DNA of 64,000 bases from Chiloscyllium plagiosum (GCF_004010195.1 NC_057718.1:58901607-58965606), one strand, 5' to 3'. Positions 53,146-64,000 are shown, counted from the first letter of the stretch. A program made the numbers and translations. The notes: generated from the sequence alone by a model not told the origin.

Positions 53146-53310
53146 GCAAAAGTGAGGACTGCAGATGCTGGAGACCAGAGTCGAGATTAGAGTGGTGCTG
53201 GAAAAGCACAGCAGGTCAGGCAGCATCCAAGGAGCAAGAAATTAATGTTTCAGGCAAAAGCCTTTCATCAGGAATGGAGGCAGAGAGCCTCCAGGGTGGA
53301 GATAAATGGG
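53146..53310 (-). mobile_element. Penelope-terminal unit with hammerhead-like core
   Basis: Minus strand CTGATGA-A-AGGC-TTTT-GCCT-GAAAC-ATT at 53244-53271. Homologous to 20012-20146. Confidence 0.75.
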
Positions 53311-53706
53311 AATAAGTTGTGAATGATGCTGAACGCTATATGATCATCAGTGAACATCCCACTTCTGACCTTATGATGAAAGAAGGTAGTTAAAGATGAT
53401 CGGGCCGATGACACACTCATTAGGAACTCCTGCTGAGATGTCCTGGAGCTGAGATGATTGACCTCCAACAACGATAACTATCTCTCTTTGTGCCAGGTAT
53501 GACACCAACCAGCGGAGCTGCTTGATGCCACATTCGGTTAAATAATATCAAAGGCAGTCACTCTCAGGATTTAGCTGTTTCATCCCAATGCTGTAATTAG
53601 GTCAGGATATGAGTGGCCCCAGTGGAACCCAAATTGAGCAGGTTGTTGAGGATGACCCTCTTAACTGTCGACAACCGTTTCTATTGTATGATTTAGATCT
53701 ATCACA

Positions 53707-54412
53707 TAGAATCATAGAGTCATAGAGATGGATAGTATGGAAGCAGATCCTTCAGTCCAACCTGTCCTTGCCAAACAGATATCCCAACCCACTCTAGTCC
53801 CACCTGCCAGCACCTGGCCCATATCCCTCCAAACCCTTCCTATTCATAAACTATCCAAATCCCTTAGAATCATAGAGTCATAGAGATGGATAGTATGGAA
53901 ACAGATCCTTCAGTCCAACCTGTCCTTGCCAACTAGATATCCCAACCCACTCTAGTCCCACCTGCCAGCACCTGGCCCATATCCCTCCAAACCCTTCCTA
54001 TTCATAAACTATCCAAATCCCTCTTAAATGTTGCAATTGTACCAGCCTCCACCACATCTTCTAGCAGCTCATTCCATACACGTACCACCCTCTGTGTGAA
54101 AATGTTGCCCCCAGGTCTCTTTTATATCTTTCCCCTCTCACCCTAAACCTATGCCCTCTAGTTCTGGACAATAAAGGAAAGCATACCAAGCGCCTTCTTC
54201 ACTATCCTATCCACCTGCGACTCCACTTTCAAGAAGCTATGAACCTGCATTCCAAGGTCTCTTTGTTCAGCAACACTCCCTAGGACCTTAGCATTAAGTG
54301 TATAAGTCCTGCTAAGATTTGCACCTCGCATTTATCAGAATTAAACTCCATCTGCCACTTTTCAGCCCATTGGCCCATCTGGTCCAGATCCTGTTGTAAT
54401 CTGAGGTAACCC
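53707..54412 (-). mobile_element. CR1 3' fragment with a tandemly duplicated 158-bp tail and internal deletions
   Basis: 53707-53864 and 53865-54022 are near-identical. The CR1 body continues to ~54412. Confidence 0.9.
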
Positions 54413-54952
54413 TGGAACAGTAATTGGCTAGATTGGATGTGTCCTGCTTTTTATGTACAGGACACACCTGGGCAATTTTGCATATTATCCGATAAATGCC
54501 AGTGTTGTAACTACACTGGAACAGCTTGGCTGGGGGAGTGGTAAGTTCTGGAGCACAAATCTTCTGTAATGCTGCTGGAATGTTGTCAGGGCCCTTAGTC
54601 TTTGCAGTCCCCAGTGACTTCAACTATTTCTTGATAATGCACAGAGTGAATCAAATTGGCTGAGGACAGGCAACTGTGATGCTGGGAACCTCTGGAGGAG
54701 GCCAAGCTGAAGAACCTATGACACTTGTGGGCCCTTCAGCATTATGTTTTGCGTTGATGTACTGGGCTTCACCATGGCAACTGGGATACTTTTGAACAAT
54801 CCTCCTCCAGCTACTTCATTAACTTTCCACCATCACTTATGAACAGTATAGCAAGGCTACATCGACGCTACAATAATTCAAAACCAACTCCACTAGGCCG
54901 ATCATGTGCTTAGGATGCCTACGTTTTCTGACTGCCTTATCTGCCATAACAG

Positions 54953-55240
54953 GAGAAAGTGAGGACTGCAGATGCTGGAGATCAGAGCTGAAAATGTGTT
55001 GCTGGAAAAGCGCAGCAGGTCAGGCAGCATCCAAGGAGCAGTAGAATCAATGTTTCGGACATGAGCCCTTCTTCAGGAATGCAGCACTATAAAAATTAGA
55101 TGCTCTGGCCCATCAGCAGCTCTGGAATAATGTTCTGGAATAATGTTCAGGAAGCAGAACATACTTTGTTCTGCTTCCTGAAGAAGGGCTCATGCCCGAA
55201 ACGTCGATTCTACTGCTCCTTGGATGCTGCCTGACCTGCT
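54953..55240. mobile_element. Fold-back pair of Penelope-terminal hammerhead-like units
   Basis: 55014-55079 and 55175-55240 are reverse complements (63/66). Plus-strand core CTGAAGA-A-GGGC-TCAT-GCCC-GAAAC-GTC at 55178-55205. Confidence 0.85.
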
Positions 55241-56864
55241 ACTTTGTTCTACTGCGGGCAAGCCATCCTGCACCTGGGGATAACCTGGTCATAAAGTGAT
55301 TGAACATTATTCCAGATCTGCTGATGGGCCAGAGCACCTAATTTCTATAGTGCTAAGAGGAATTGAATGTACAACGACCTTTTCTTAATAATCTGAAACC
55401 TCTATTTCAATGTTCCTGGGACCACAACATAGATGTTCAATTATATGAGATCCTGCATTGCCACCTACTGGCCATTGCTTTACATTTCAGACAGAATTTC
55501 CAAGTCAAAGCAGAAATAGAAAAATTGTTTGCTGGGGAACTGATGTTAAACTAACAGCTCAATAAAAACACATGACTGAGCATGATTACCTAAGGCTTTA
55601 CTTCCATAAAATTGGGTATTCCAAAATTATCCGGCTCAGATAGTGACCTCCTACCATCCGGAAGGAAATATCCATATGGATCAGTATGTATTCAGTGTGA
55701 TACCAGACAAATTCTATTTGTGTTGTTAGAAATCCAGTTCTTCAAACTGGCAACAGTAATTTTCCTCAGTTTTCAGCACAGACTGGGATTCCTCCTGCAT
55801 TAATCCCCAGATTGTCTCATCTTACGATAATGCGCAATGATATATAAAATCCATTTGAGCTCCATGTTCATCATCTCATTTGTCTTTTTTTTAATTTTTG
55901 GACAACTCCTTCTGTCTGCCCTCACACCTCCTATCCCACCCTCCAATTGCTCACTATCACCGATCCTTCTTCCTGACAACACCCACTCTTATAGGTCTCA
56001 CCTCCTCTGTCCCATTCTCAAAGCTCTGCTCATCCAAGACCAACAGCCCACTTTCACAGATCCTGGACACCCGCCCACTCACAATACCCCACCTTCACAT
56101 ATTCCGTAACACCCCAACTCCCCATCCTCACAGATCTAACCCAGTCTCCAAAACTTCACAGTTCCTGCACCCCTGCCAGCAACCCCCTCAACTCCTAGCT
56201 TTCACATCTCCTCTTGCATTCCTACCTTTACTCTCTACTCCTTTCATGGTTACAATATTAAACTCTAAATGAAACATCAGTGTAGCATGTTCATTATTGC
56301 AGTTTTTATTTTATCACAGAATAAAATTTCTAGGAATGAAATACAAGTGACAACTAATTCTCCCATGTGAGGAAATTTCAATGTACATTTGCATTATGTT
56401 CATATTTATGTATGTTTAAATATATTTGTATACAATTGGTATTGTAAAAACCACTGATATGTATATTTCTGTATTTTTGATCATAAACTGAAATGGGAAA
56501 ATGACTGTTTTAAAAGCCAAGCATAGTTGAAGTATTACTGCACTTGCTTTCTAAAAGCAGGTTACCTGAAACTTGTTGTAAGTGCTGTTCACACAGCTGT
56601 TGGTTCAAGCAGTGGAAAAAGCCAGGTTACAGATAAACTGGAACCAATAAGCTGTGTACAAGTCGAGATTTGCCTGGCCACAAGTAACTGTTTGGTCTGT
56701 GGGCTTGTGCCAGGCATTAGGTCTGCCCTTGGGAGAACAACATAAAATGTAAGCCCCGACAAGCTTTGCAGGACATGTCTGACAGAAGTTAGAGGGTTGG
56801 GTAAAGTCTTGCCTAATGTAGTCTCAGCAAATAGAACAATAGCTGTCCACTTAAATAAAATTAA

Positions 56865-57332
56865 GTGTTGAGGGGGTTGGCTTATGAGGAGAGGTTGAGT
56901 AAATTGGGATTATATTCATTGGAATTCAGAAGAATAAGGGGGGATCTTATTGAAACATATAAAATTCTGATGAGAATTGATAAATTGGAAATAGGTAGGA
57001 TGTTTCCACTGGTCGGTGAGACTAGGACAAGAGGGCATGGCCTCAAGATTAGAGGAAGTAGGTTTAGAACTGAACTGAGAAGGAACTTCTTCACCCAGAG
57101 GGTTGTTAATCTATGGAATTCCCTGCCCAGGGAAGTAATTGACGCTATTTCAGTAATCGCTTTTAAAGCTAAGGTAGATACTTTTTTGAAAAATAAAGGA
57201 ATTATGGGAAATGATGAAAATGCAGATAAGTGGAGCTGAATCCATTGAAAAGATTAGCCATGATCTTGTTGAGTGGCAGAGCAGGCTCGAAGGGCCGGAG
57301 GGCCTACTCCTGATCCTCGTTCTTATGTTCTT
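56865..57332 (+). mobile_element. CR1 3' end
   Basis: ORF 56865..57239 (YEERLSKLGLYSLEFRRIRGDLIETYKI...) and a CTTATGTTCTTA tail. Confidence 0.92.
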
Positions 57333-58819
57333 ATTTAAGGCTGGATGTGCAGCTGAAACTGATAACTGATATCCTAATAAAGAACATTTCATATTAATTA
57401 GTTGCTTTTCTTAAGTACTTTTAATCAATCAGTTATAACATTACCAGTATGTTTTAGTTAAGATTCTTCAAGATAATGATAGATATAGATTCCAAAGTAG
57501 TAAGAGATGAGATATATACATATAAATCACCAAAAGCATTAGAAGATTTAAAACCTAATTTCAGACAAAACAGAAGGGGAGTTACTTATCTCTTACAAGG
57601 AGAGCAACTGGAAGGATTGGAGTGCATATTGAATTATACTGTACTCCCTGTCATGGAAACTTTAGAAGTCCCTGGGAATTAAGATATAAGGGTTGCTGGT
57701 AACAATTCAAAGTTAGACTTCTCAGGCATTAAAATAGCCCATCAAAACACAGCAACAAACTAATTGTTAATATAGAATGATGTACTAAAAATCAAATCAT
57801 GGTTGGACAACCAACATTATGATGCAATAGTATACGGGGGAGGGAATGTATCAGAGGTACAAGAAAAAGTATAAAATTAGATTTTGTTTGTAATGAAAAC
57901 AGATGGCATTTGACATAGCTCTGCATTGGTATGTCTTGAGTATTTCTACTTCCAAGCTATCAATAATTGCTCAAATAAACTACCATGATCCTGAACTCTG
58001 CTGTCTCCTGAAACTTATTATCAGATGAATTGCTTCCGCAACAGGTATCAGTGACAAAGACTTCCAACAACTATGTGACTGAGTCCCAGGGAGCTGAATA
58101 ACTTCAGGGTAGAAATGTTTGGGACCTTTGGAAAGGAAGGAATTATTTTTGCTCTGTAATAAAAAGCACTTCACACCTGAAGTTAGCCAGTTTATTTTCC
58201 CTCCTCTGTTGCTGTAAGCTGTGATTTTAGTTATTAAATCAGAGACCTTTAAATGTAAAATCAGTTCATCCATCAAATAAGTGGAAGTACTTGGAGTAGA
58301 AAAATTGAGAAGCAGCCTTCTTATCGATAAAAGGATCATCTCAACAAACCTTGTGGACAGGGACTGCTGAATTGCCTTGCCAGTCTTTCCCTCTGCCTTT
58401 TGTATCTGTCTGTATGTGCATATGAAAATAAATGCTTTTATAAGTGGGTTAGAGTTTTAACTAGAAGAATTCTATGTTGCTGCATAAAAATTGTCTATCT
58501 GTAACTAGATTCTATTTATTTGTAATAATTAGCGATTCTTGCTCAATACAGAAATTTGGCCCATGCTTTCTGTTAACCTGGGTCAGAAAGATAGGTAAAT
58601 TGGGGCGTTCTGCATACTTTTTAAACTTTCATGTTGTATGATAATTCTGGGAATAGAAAGGTTTACATCTCCCACCCCAATGGGCCAAAATAATATTTAT
58701 GTACAATGGGTTTATGCTTTCTTAGCCAGAATCAGCCATAAGCCAATAAACATATTATTTATTCATGTCTTCAATTACAGTTACAGTTATAGATTGGTGG
58801 TGTGTACAGTTTAGAAGTC

Positions 58820-59190
58820 AGTGTATTTATATGGCTGGACCAGATTATTTCAGGTCACTGGCAACTCCTAGAATGTTGATAGTGGCAGAATCAGTAAGCT
58901 ATTGAATGCCAAGGGTTGACAAATAGATTTTCTGTTACTAGAAATGGTCATAGTCACGCAATTGTGTATCATTAATGTTACTTGCCACTTGTCAGCCCAA
59001 CCTTTGATGTTGTCCACATGGTCACAGATTGCTCATGTATCTTAGGAGTTGTGAATGGTGTTGAACGTTGGACAATCATCGGCAAACATCCCCACCTCTT
59101 GAACTAATGATGGAGGGAAGGTCATTGCTAAAGAAGCTGAAGATGTTTGAACTTAGGATATTAACCTAAGGAACTCCTGTAATGATGTAG
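58820..59190 (-). mobile_element. L2/Crack-group LINE fragment
   Basis: Homologous to 52900-53440 (AATGTTACTTGCCACTTGTCAGCCCA; AACATCCCCACCTCTTGA). Confidence 0.7.
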
Positions 59191-59295
59191 AATAAAAACA
59201 GAATGTTGGCAAAACTGAGGAGATCTGGAAAAATAAATAAATGTTTTGTTTTACAGCTATCGACATGACTGCATTTTTTAACATTACAGTGACAT

Positions 59296-59670
59296 TTAAT
59301 TCTAGATTTTTATTGAATTCAAATATTACTATCTGCTGTGGGAGCATTCAAACCCATTCCCTCTGAATATTAGCCTGGTGTTTTGGATTTTTCATCCAGT
59401 GAGATTACCATTATGCGTCTCAGTAATGGTAACCATAAGACTATTGTTGATATTGTAGAAACCCATCTAATTCACTACTGTCCTTTAGACAAGAAAATCT
59501 ACCATCCTTACTTGGTTTGTCCTACATGTGACTTCAATCACGTAGCAATGTGTTGATTCCTAATAATCCTCTGAAATAGTTTTAGTAAGACACTCAGTTC
59601 AAGGATAACTGGGGATGGGCAACAAATGCTGGGATCTTTCCAGTGACACCCACATTCCATAAAAAATAAT
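59296..59670. mobile_element. tRNA-derived SINE (MetaSINE-like): head inverted (59296-59416, -) relative to body and tail (59417-59670, +)
   Basis: The head has A/B-box-like motifs on the minus strand. The body AAACCCATCTAATTCACTACTGTCCTTTAG...CCTACATGTGACT resembles the Meta domain as I recall it. The tail resembles the LINE end at 49725-49775. Confidence 0.6.
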
Positions 59671-60209
59671 GAGTTCTGTTTCTATTTAATCTATTTCCAT
59701 TCTTACAGGAATACATTTTGTTTGTACTGAAACCATCTTCTTTTTAAAGTCAGCCCTGCACTCCTTCACAGTTTCTGTCTGCTAATGTTTGAGATTTTTA
59801 GACTTGCATCAGATCTGTTCTCAAAGCACTGAAATTGACACCTTTCCAATTAAATATCTTTGGTCTAGATTGCTCCTTGTCTTTCACATAGTTAACTTAA
59901 ACGTTCTTTTATACCAAAAACAATATTTTCCCCAAACATTCCACTTTTAACTTGATTCACTTGCTAGAACAAGTTGTCGCAATGATCCCTCTCTCTATGA
60001 CAAAACGATACTTAGACATTTTTTCAAAAATACTCTTCAGAAACTCTTGCCTTTCTTTTCCTTTTGCATATTTATTGTTAAAGTCCAACTTTACATAAAA
60101 TACTCTAAGTACTGTATAGTTTTTGCACTTCACTGTAATTTCCTTGCAGATTTGTTTTTCCACTAGTTGTAATCTATAGAATACACACAATGTTTTGTTG
60201 AATCCTCAA

Positions 60210-61045
60210 TTGTTTTCTCTATTTCCCTCTGACTATTAGGGGGTCTATAATACAATCCCACTAAGGTGATCATCCTTTTCTTATTTCTCAGTTCCACCCA
60301 AGTAACTTCCCTGGATGTATTTCCAGAAATATCCTCCCTCAGCACAGCTGCAATATTATCCCTTATCAAAAATGCCACTCCCCCTCCTCTCTTGCCTCCC
60401 TTTCTATCCTCCCTGTAGCATTTGTATCCTGGAACATTAAGCTGTCAATCCTGCCTAGCTCTGAGCCATATTTCTGTAATTGCTATGATACCCCCAGTCC
60501 CATGTTCCTCACTATGCCCTGAGTTCATCTGCTTCCCTGTTAGGACCCTTTCATTGAAATAAATGCAGTTTAATTTATTAGTCCTACCTTGTCCCTGCCT
60601 GCCCTGACTGTTTGACTCGCTTCTGTTCTCAACTGTACCCATCTCAGATCAATCTCTTTCCTCACTAAGTCCCTAGGTCCTACCATCCCACCTTACTAGT
60701 TTAAATCCTCCCAAGCAGCTCTAGCAAATTTCCCTGCCAGTATATTAGTCCCCTTCCAATTTAGGTGCAATCCATCCTTCTTGTACAGGTCACTTCTACC
60801 CCAAAAGAGATTCCAATGATCCAAAAATGTGAATCCTTCTCCCATACACCAGCTCCTCAGCCATGCATTCATCTGCTCTATCCTCCTATTTCTGCCCTCA
60901 CTAGCTCGTAGCACTGGGAGTAACCCAGATATTACTACTCTCGAGGACCTTCTTTTTCAATTCCTGCCTAACGCTCTAATCTCCCTTCAGAATCTCACCC
61001 TTTTCCCTTGCTATGTCATTGGTTCCAATGTGGACAAAGACCTCT
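60210..61045 (-). mobile_element. CR1 ORF1 esterase C-terminus and ORF2 APE start
   Basis: MNAWLRSWCMGEGFTFLDHW...KKDGLHLNWKG (SGNH), then LNCIYFN, IIAITEIWL and GLYYRPPNS. Confidence 0.92.
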
Positions 61046-61828
61046 TGCAAGGTGCTGCATTTTGGGAAAGCAAATCTTAGCAGGACTTATACAATTAATG
61101 GTAAGTTCCTAGGGAGCATTGCTGAACAAAGAGACCTTGGAGTGAAGGTTCATAGCTCCTTGAAAGTGGAGTTGCAGATAGATAGGATAGAGAAGAAGGT
61201 GTTTGGCAAGCTTTCTTTTATTGGTCAGAGTACTGAGTACAGGAGTTGGGAGGTAATGTTCCAGCTGTACAGGACATTGGTTAGGCCACTGTTGGAATAT
61301 TGCATGCAAGTCTGGTCTCCTTCATATCGGAAAGATGTTGGGAAATTTGAAAGGCTTCAGAAAAGATTTACAAGGATGTTGCCAGGGTGGGAGGATTTGA
61401 GCTATAAGGAGAGGCTGAACAGGCTGGGGCTGTTTTCCCTGAAGCATCAGAGGCTGAGGGGTGACCTTATAGAAGTTTACAAAATTATGAGGGGCAGGGA
61501 TAGAATAAATAGGCAAAGTCTTTTCCCTGGGGTCAGGGAGTCCAGAACTAGAGGACATAGGTTTAGGATGAGAGGGGAAAGATATAAAAGGGGCAACATT
61601 TTCACACAGAGGGTGGTATGGGTGTGGAATGAGCTGCCAGAAGAAGTGGTGGAGGCTGGTACAATTACAACACTAAAAGGCATTTGGATAGGTATATGAA
61701 TAGGAAGGGTTTGAAGGGATATGGGCGGGTGGTGGCAGGTGGGAATAGATTGAATTGGGATATCTGGTCGGCATGGACAGGTTGGACCAAAGGCCTGTTT
61801 CCATGCTGTACATCTCTATGACTCTATG
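61046..61828 (+). mobile_element. CR1 ORF2 C-terminal part and tail
   Basis: ORF 61013..61699 (CKVLHFG...LVRPLLEYC...WNELPEEVV) and a CTCTATGACTCTATG tail. Confidence 0.95.
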
Positions 61829-62034
61829 TTTCTTAGCTCTAATCAGGTAGATTTTGTCCTCAACTCTGATGTGTCACGGCACAGATTCCAGACCAGATAG
61901 ACCTGTACTTTTAAGATGGTTACATGCTATCATGACATGCGATATTAGTATAAAGATTAGAATAAACTGAAACCTTTGTTTCAGTTGCTCAGTCTGTGAG
62001 TAATGGAACAGCTTTAGTGCATTCAGTTAGTTAG

Positions 62035-62155
62035 TTATGTGTGTGTTATACAGTGGGAACTCGGGCACCTGAATGTGATGGGTGGGCACTATTTTTATGT
62101 GTGTGTTATACAGTGGGAACTCGATTATCTGAATGTGATGGGTGGGCACTATTTT
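62035..62155. repeat. 60-bp tandem duplication spanning the left end of a MITE
   Basis: Exact 60-nt period; the copies differ only at GGCAC vs ATTAT. Confidence 0.95.
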
Positions 62156-62771
62156 GTTCAGATAATTGATTATTTGGAAAATCGATTAAATGCCTTTCCT
62201 CTGCAGCTCGGAGCTTTAAAGTCTGCTCCTTGTTCAGGAGGCTAGCAACAGCAGCAGCACAGCATGCGAGACCCCACCCCCAACAGCGCCCCACTCTCTC
62301 CCCCCCAGCCATCCAATACCATCCCACTCCCCCCCTGTCCATCCCCACCCCACACACCCCCGGCCCCTCTCTAGGGCATCTGGACTGCACACCAACAACA
62401 AGACTTTGTGGGGTAAGTCTCCAAATAGCACACACACAGACACAGCCACACACACAACTTTTTACTGCAAATTTTTGACACGTTCCATGTTTGCCCTGCA
62501 CTGGACAATGTTGCAGAGATTATTCCTGGGAAGCGGGGGAGTGGAGAAAGTTAGGGTACACCCCTATGTAGAACTCCAGGGAAAGTGTGGCGAGAGAGAG
62601 AGGACGGGAGGTCAGTCATTTGGAGACGGTGCCTGTTTAATCACTGTAAACCAAAGACACGTCACTGTTGGCAACACGTCTTTGATGTAATGTTTCTATC
62701 GGGACCTCGAGATCTCCTTCGGATAATCCGTTTTTCGGATAATTGGTATTCGGATAATCGAGGTTCCTCTA
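62111..62771. mobile_element. Tc1/mariner (Tigger/pogo-type) MITE with TA target duplication
   Basis: TA|CAGTGGGAACTCGATTATCTGAA ... TTCGGATAATCGAGGTTCCTCTA|TA, with subterminal TTCGGATAAT repeated three times. Confidence 0.8.
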
Positions 62772-62839
62772 TATACGGGAACCATAGAACCAAGACTATG
62801 CATATAGTCTTTGATACTACAGATGTGGAAATAATTAGT

Positions 62840-62981
62840 TCTGAGGAAGGGTCAATCAACCCAAAATGTTAACTCTGATTTCTCTCACAGATGCTGCCAG
62901 AACTGCTGAGCTTTTTCAGCAATTTCTGTTTTTGTTTCTGATTTACAGCATCCACAGATTTTTTTTCAGTTTTTATTTAGT
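62840..62981 (+). mobile_element. Stand-alone 142-bp Penelope-terminal hammerhead-like unit with an 11-bp TSD
   Basis: AAATAATTAGT at 62829-62839 and 62982-62992. The unit starts TCTGAGGAAGGGTC. Confidence 0.8.
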
Positions 62982-63039
62982 AAATAATTAGTATTGTTTA
63001 TAAACTTCAAGACATCTGTCTCAGCAAGAACTACACTGG

Positions 63040-64000
63040 CTATAGCATATAGAAACATAGAAGATAGGAGTAGGCTTTCTGCACTTTGAGTCTGTCCCAC
63101 AATTCAGTATGTTCAAAATTGATTGTCTCAGCACCATATTCCCACTTTTCTCTATGACACTTGCTGTCTTTATGATCTAAAAACTTAGCAATCTCTTTCT
63201 TGAATATATTCAGTGTCATGGCCTCCACAGCCTTCTGTGGGAGTGAATTCCACAAGATGACCACCCTCTCAGTCATAAATTGCCTATCCAATATCCTGAG
63301 CCTGGGACCCCGGTTCTAGACTCCCCAACCGGGGAAAAATGCTCCCTGCATCTTGTTTGTCCAACCATATTAGAATTCAATTAGATTTCCTCTTATTCTT
63401 CTCAACTCTGGTGAATGTACACCCAGCCAAACTAATCTCTTCTGATACAACAGATTTGCCATTCCTGGTATCAGCCTAGTGAACATTTTGGTATAGGGAC
63501 CAAAATTGTACACAATTCTTCAGCTACAGTTTTGCCAAGACATCACGTAATTGCAATAAGATAATCTGACTTCTGAACTCAAATCCTCTTGAAACAAAGG
63601 CCAATATATCATTTGTCTTCCTAATTATTTGCTTCCCCGCCTGTTTACTTTCGTGACTGGTATACAAGGAATACTTGTCCAGTCCCGTTCTACTGAATCC
63701 CCTTTCACTGTAGCTTACCATTCTTCTTCCTCCCCTTTTGAGCAACAGGTTCCCATGGTTATTCCTCGCCCCCACCCCACAAACACACACCCCTAGCAGT
63801 TTCCAAAATGGTACATCTATTAGAGAGGGGTCGGTCATAGGGGTCTCCTGCACTACCTGCCTTCCTTAACTCTGCCTGGTGGTCACCCATGCCCTTTCTG
63901 CCTGTTCAGACTTTAGCTACAGTGTGACCATCTCTCTAAATGCTCTGTCCATGATAAGCTCACCAATGCAGATCCTCCACTGTGAGTCCAGCCATCACAC
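63040..64000 (-). mobile_element. CR1 fragments: 3' part (63040-63670) and ORF1 part (~63720-64000)
   Basis: ERVVILWNSLPQKAVEA and ILAFVSRGFEFRS, plus ORF1-type WVTTRQS...RQVVQETP. Confidence 0.8.

Larger units (their letters stand above)
52513..54840 (-). mobile_element. L2/Crack-group LINE RT region, interrupted by Penelope-terminal and CR1 insertions
   Basis: KTKGPDNIPAA...AQVCPVHKKQDTSNLANY, MFTDD, WVDKGQVTFMPHKC and LGVTNEWKLTW...AQRLGVL. Clade assignment is tentative. Confidence 0.75.

Noticed and set aside
61013..61699. Longest ORF (228 aa) as a host gene
   Set aside because: It is the C-terminal part of CR1 ORF2, with an artificial start across an inversion junction.

Overview
This is eukaryotic, repeat-dense, essentially non-coding DNA (intron or intergenic). 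It is almost certainly from an elasmobranch, inferred from HE1-type V-SINEs, shark-type CR1 LINEs with (CTATGTT/CTATGACT)n tails and Penelope-like relics. No intact host gene or intact transposon ORF can be supported: the ORF-track proteins I can recognise are broken CR1, Rex1/Babar, L2-group, Penelope or PIF/Harbinger fragments, and the rest look like chance ORFs. The main structural signals are: (1) a dispersed ~140-bp Penelope-terminal unit with a minimal hammerhead-ribozyme-like core, found alone with an 11-bp target-site duplication, as fold-back pairs, and attached to a GIY-YIG Penelope fragment; (2) three inverted copies of nearby DNA pasted into repeats, plus several local tandem duplications; (3) two 5'-inversion-like retroelement structures. 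Family names come from motif recognition by eye, and boundaries of decayed repeats are approximate.
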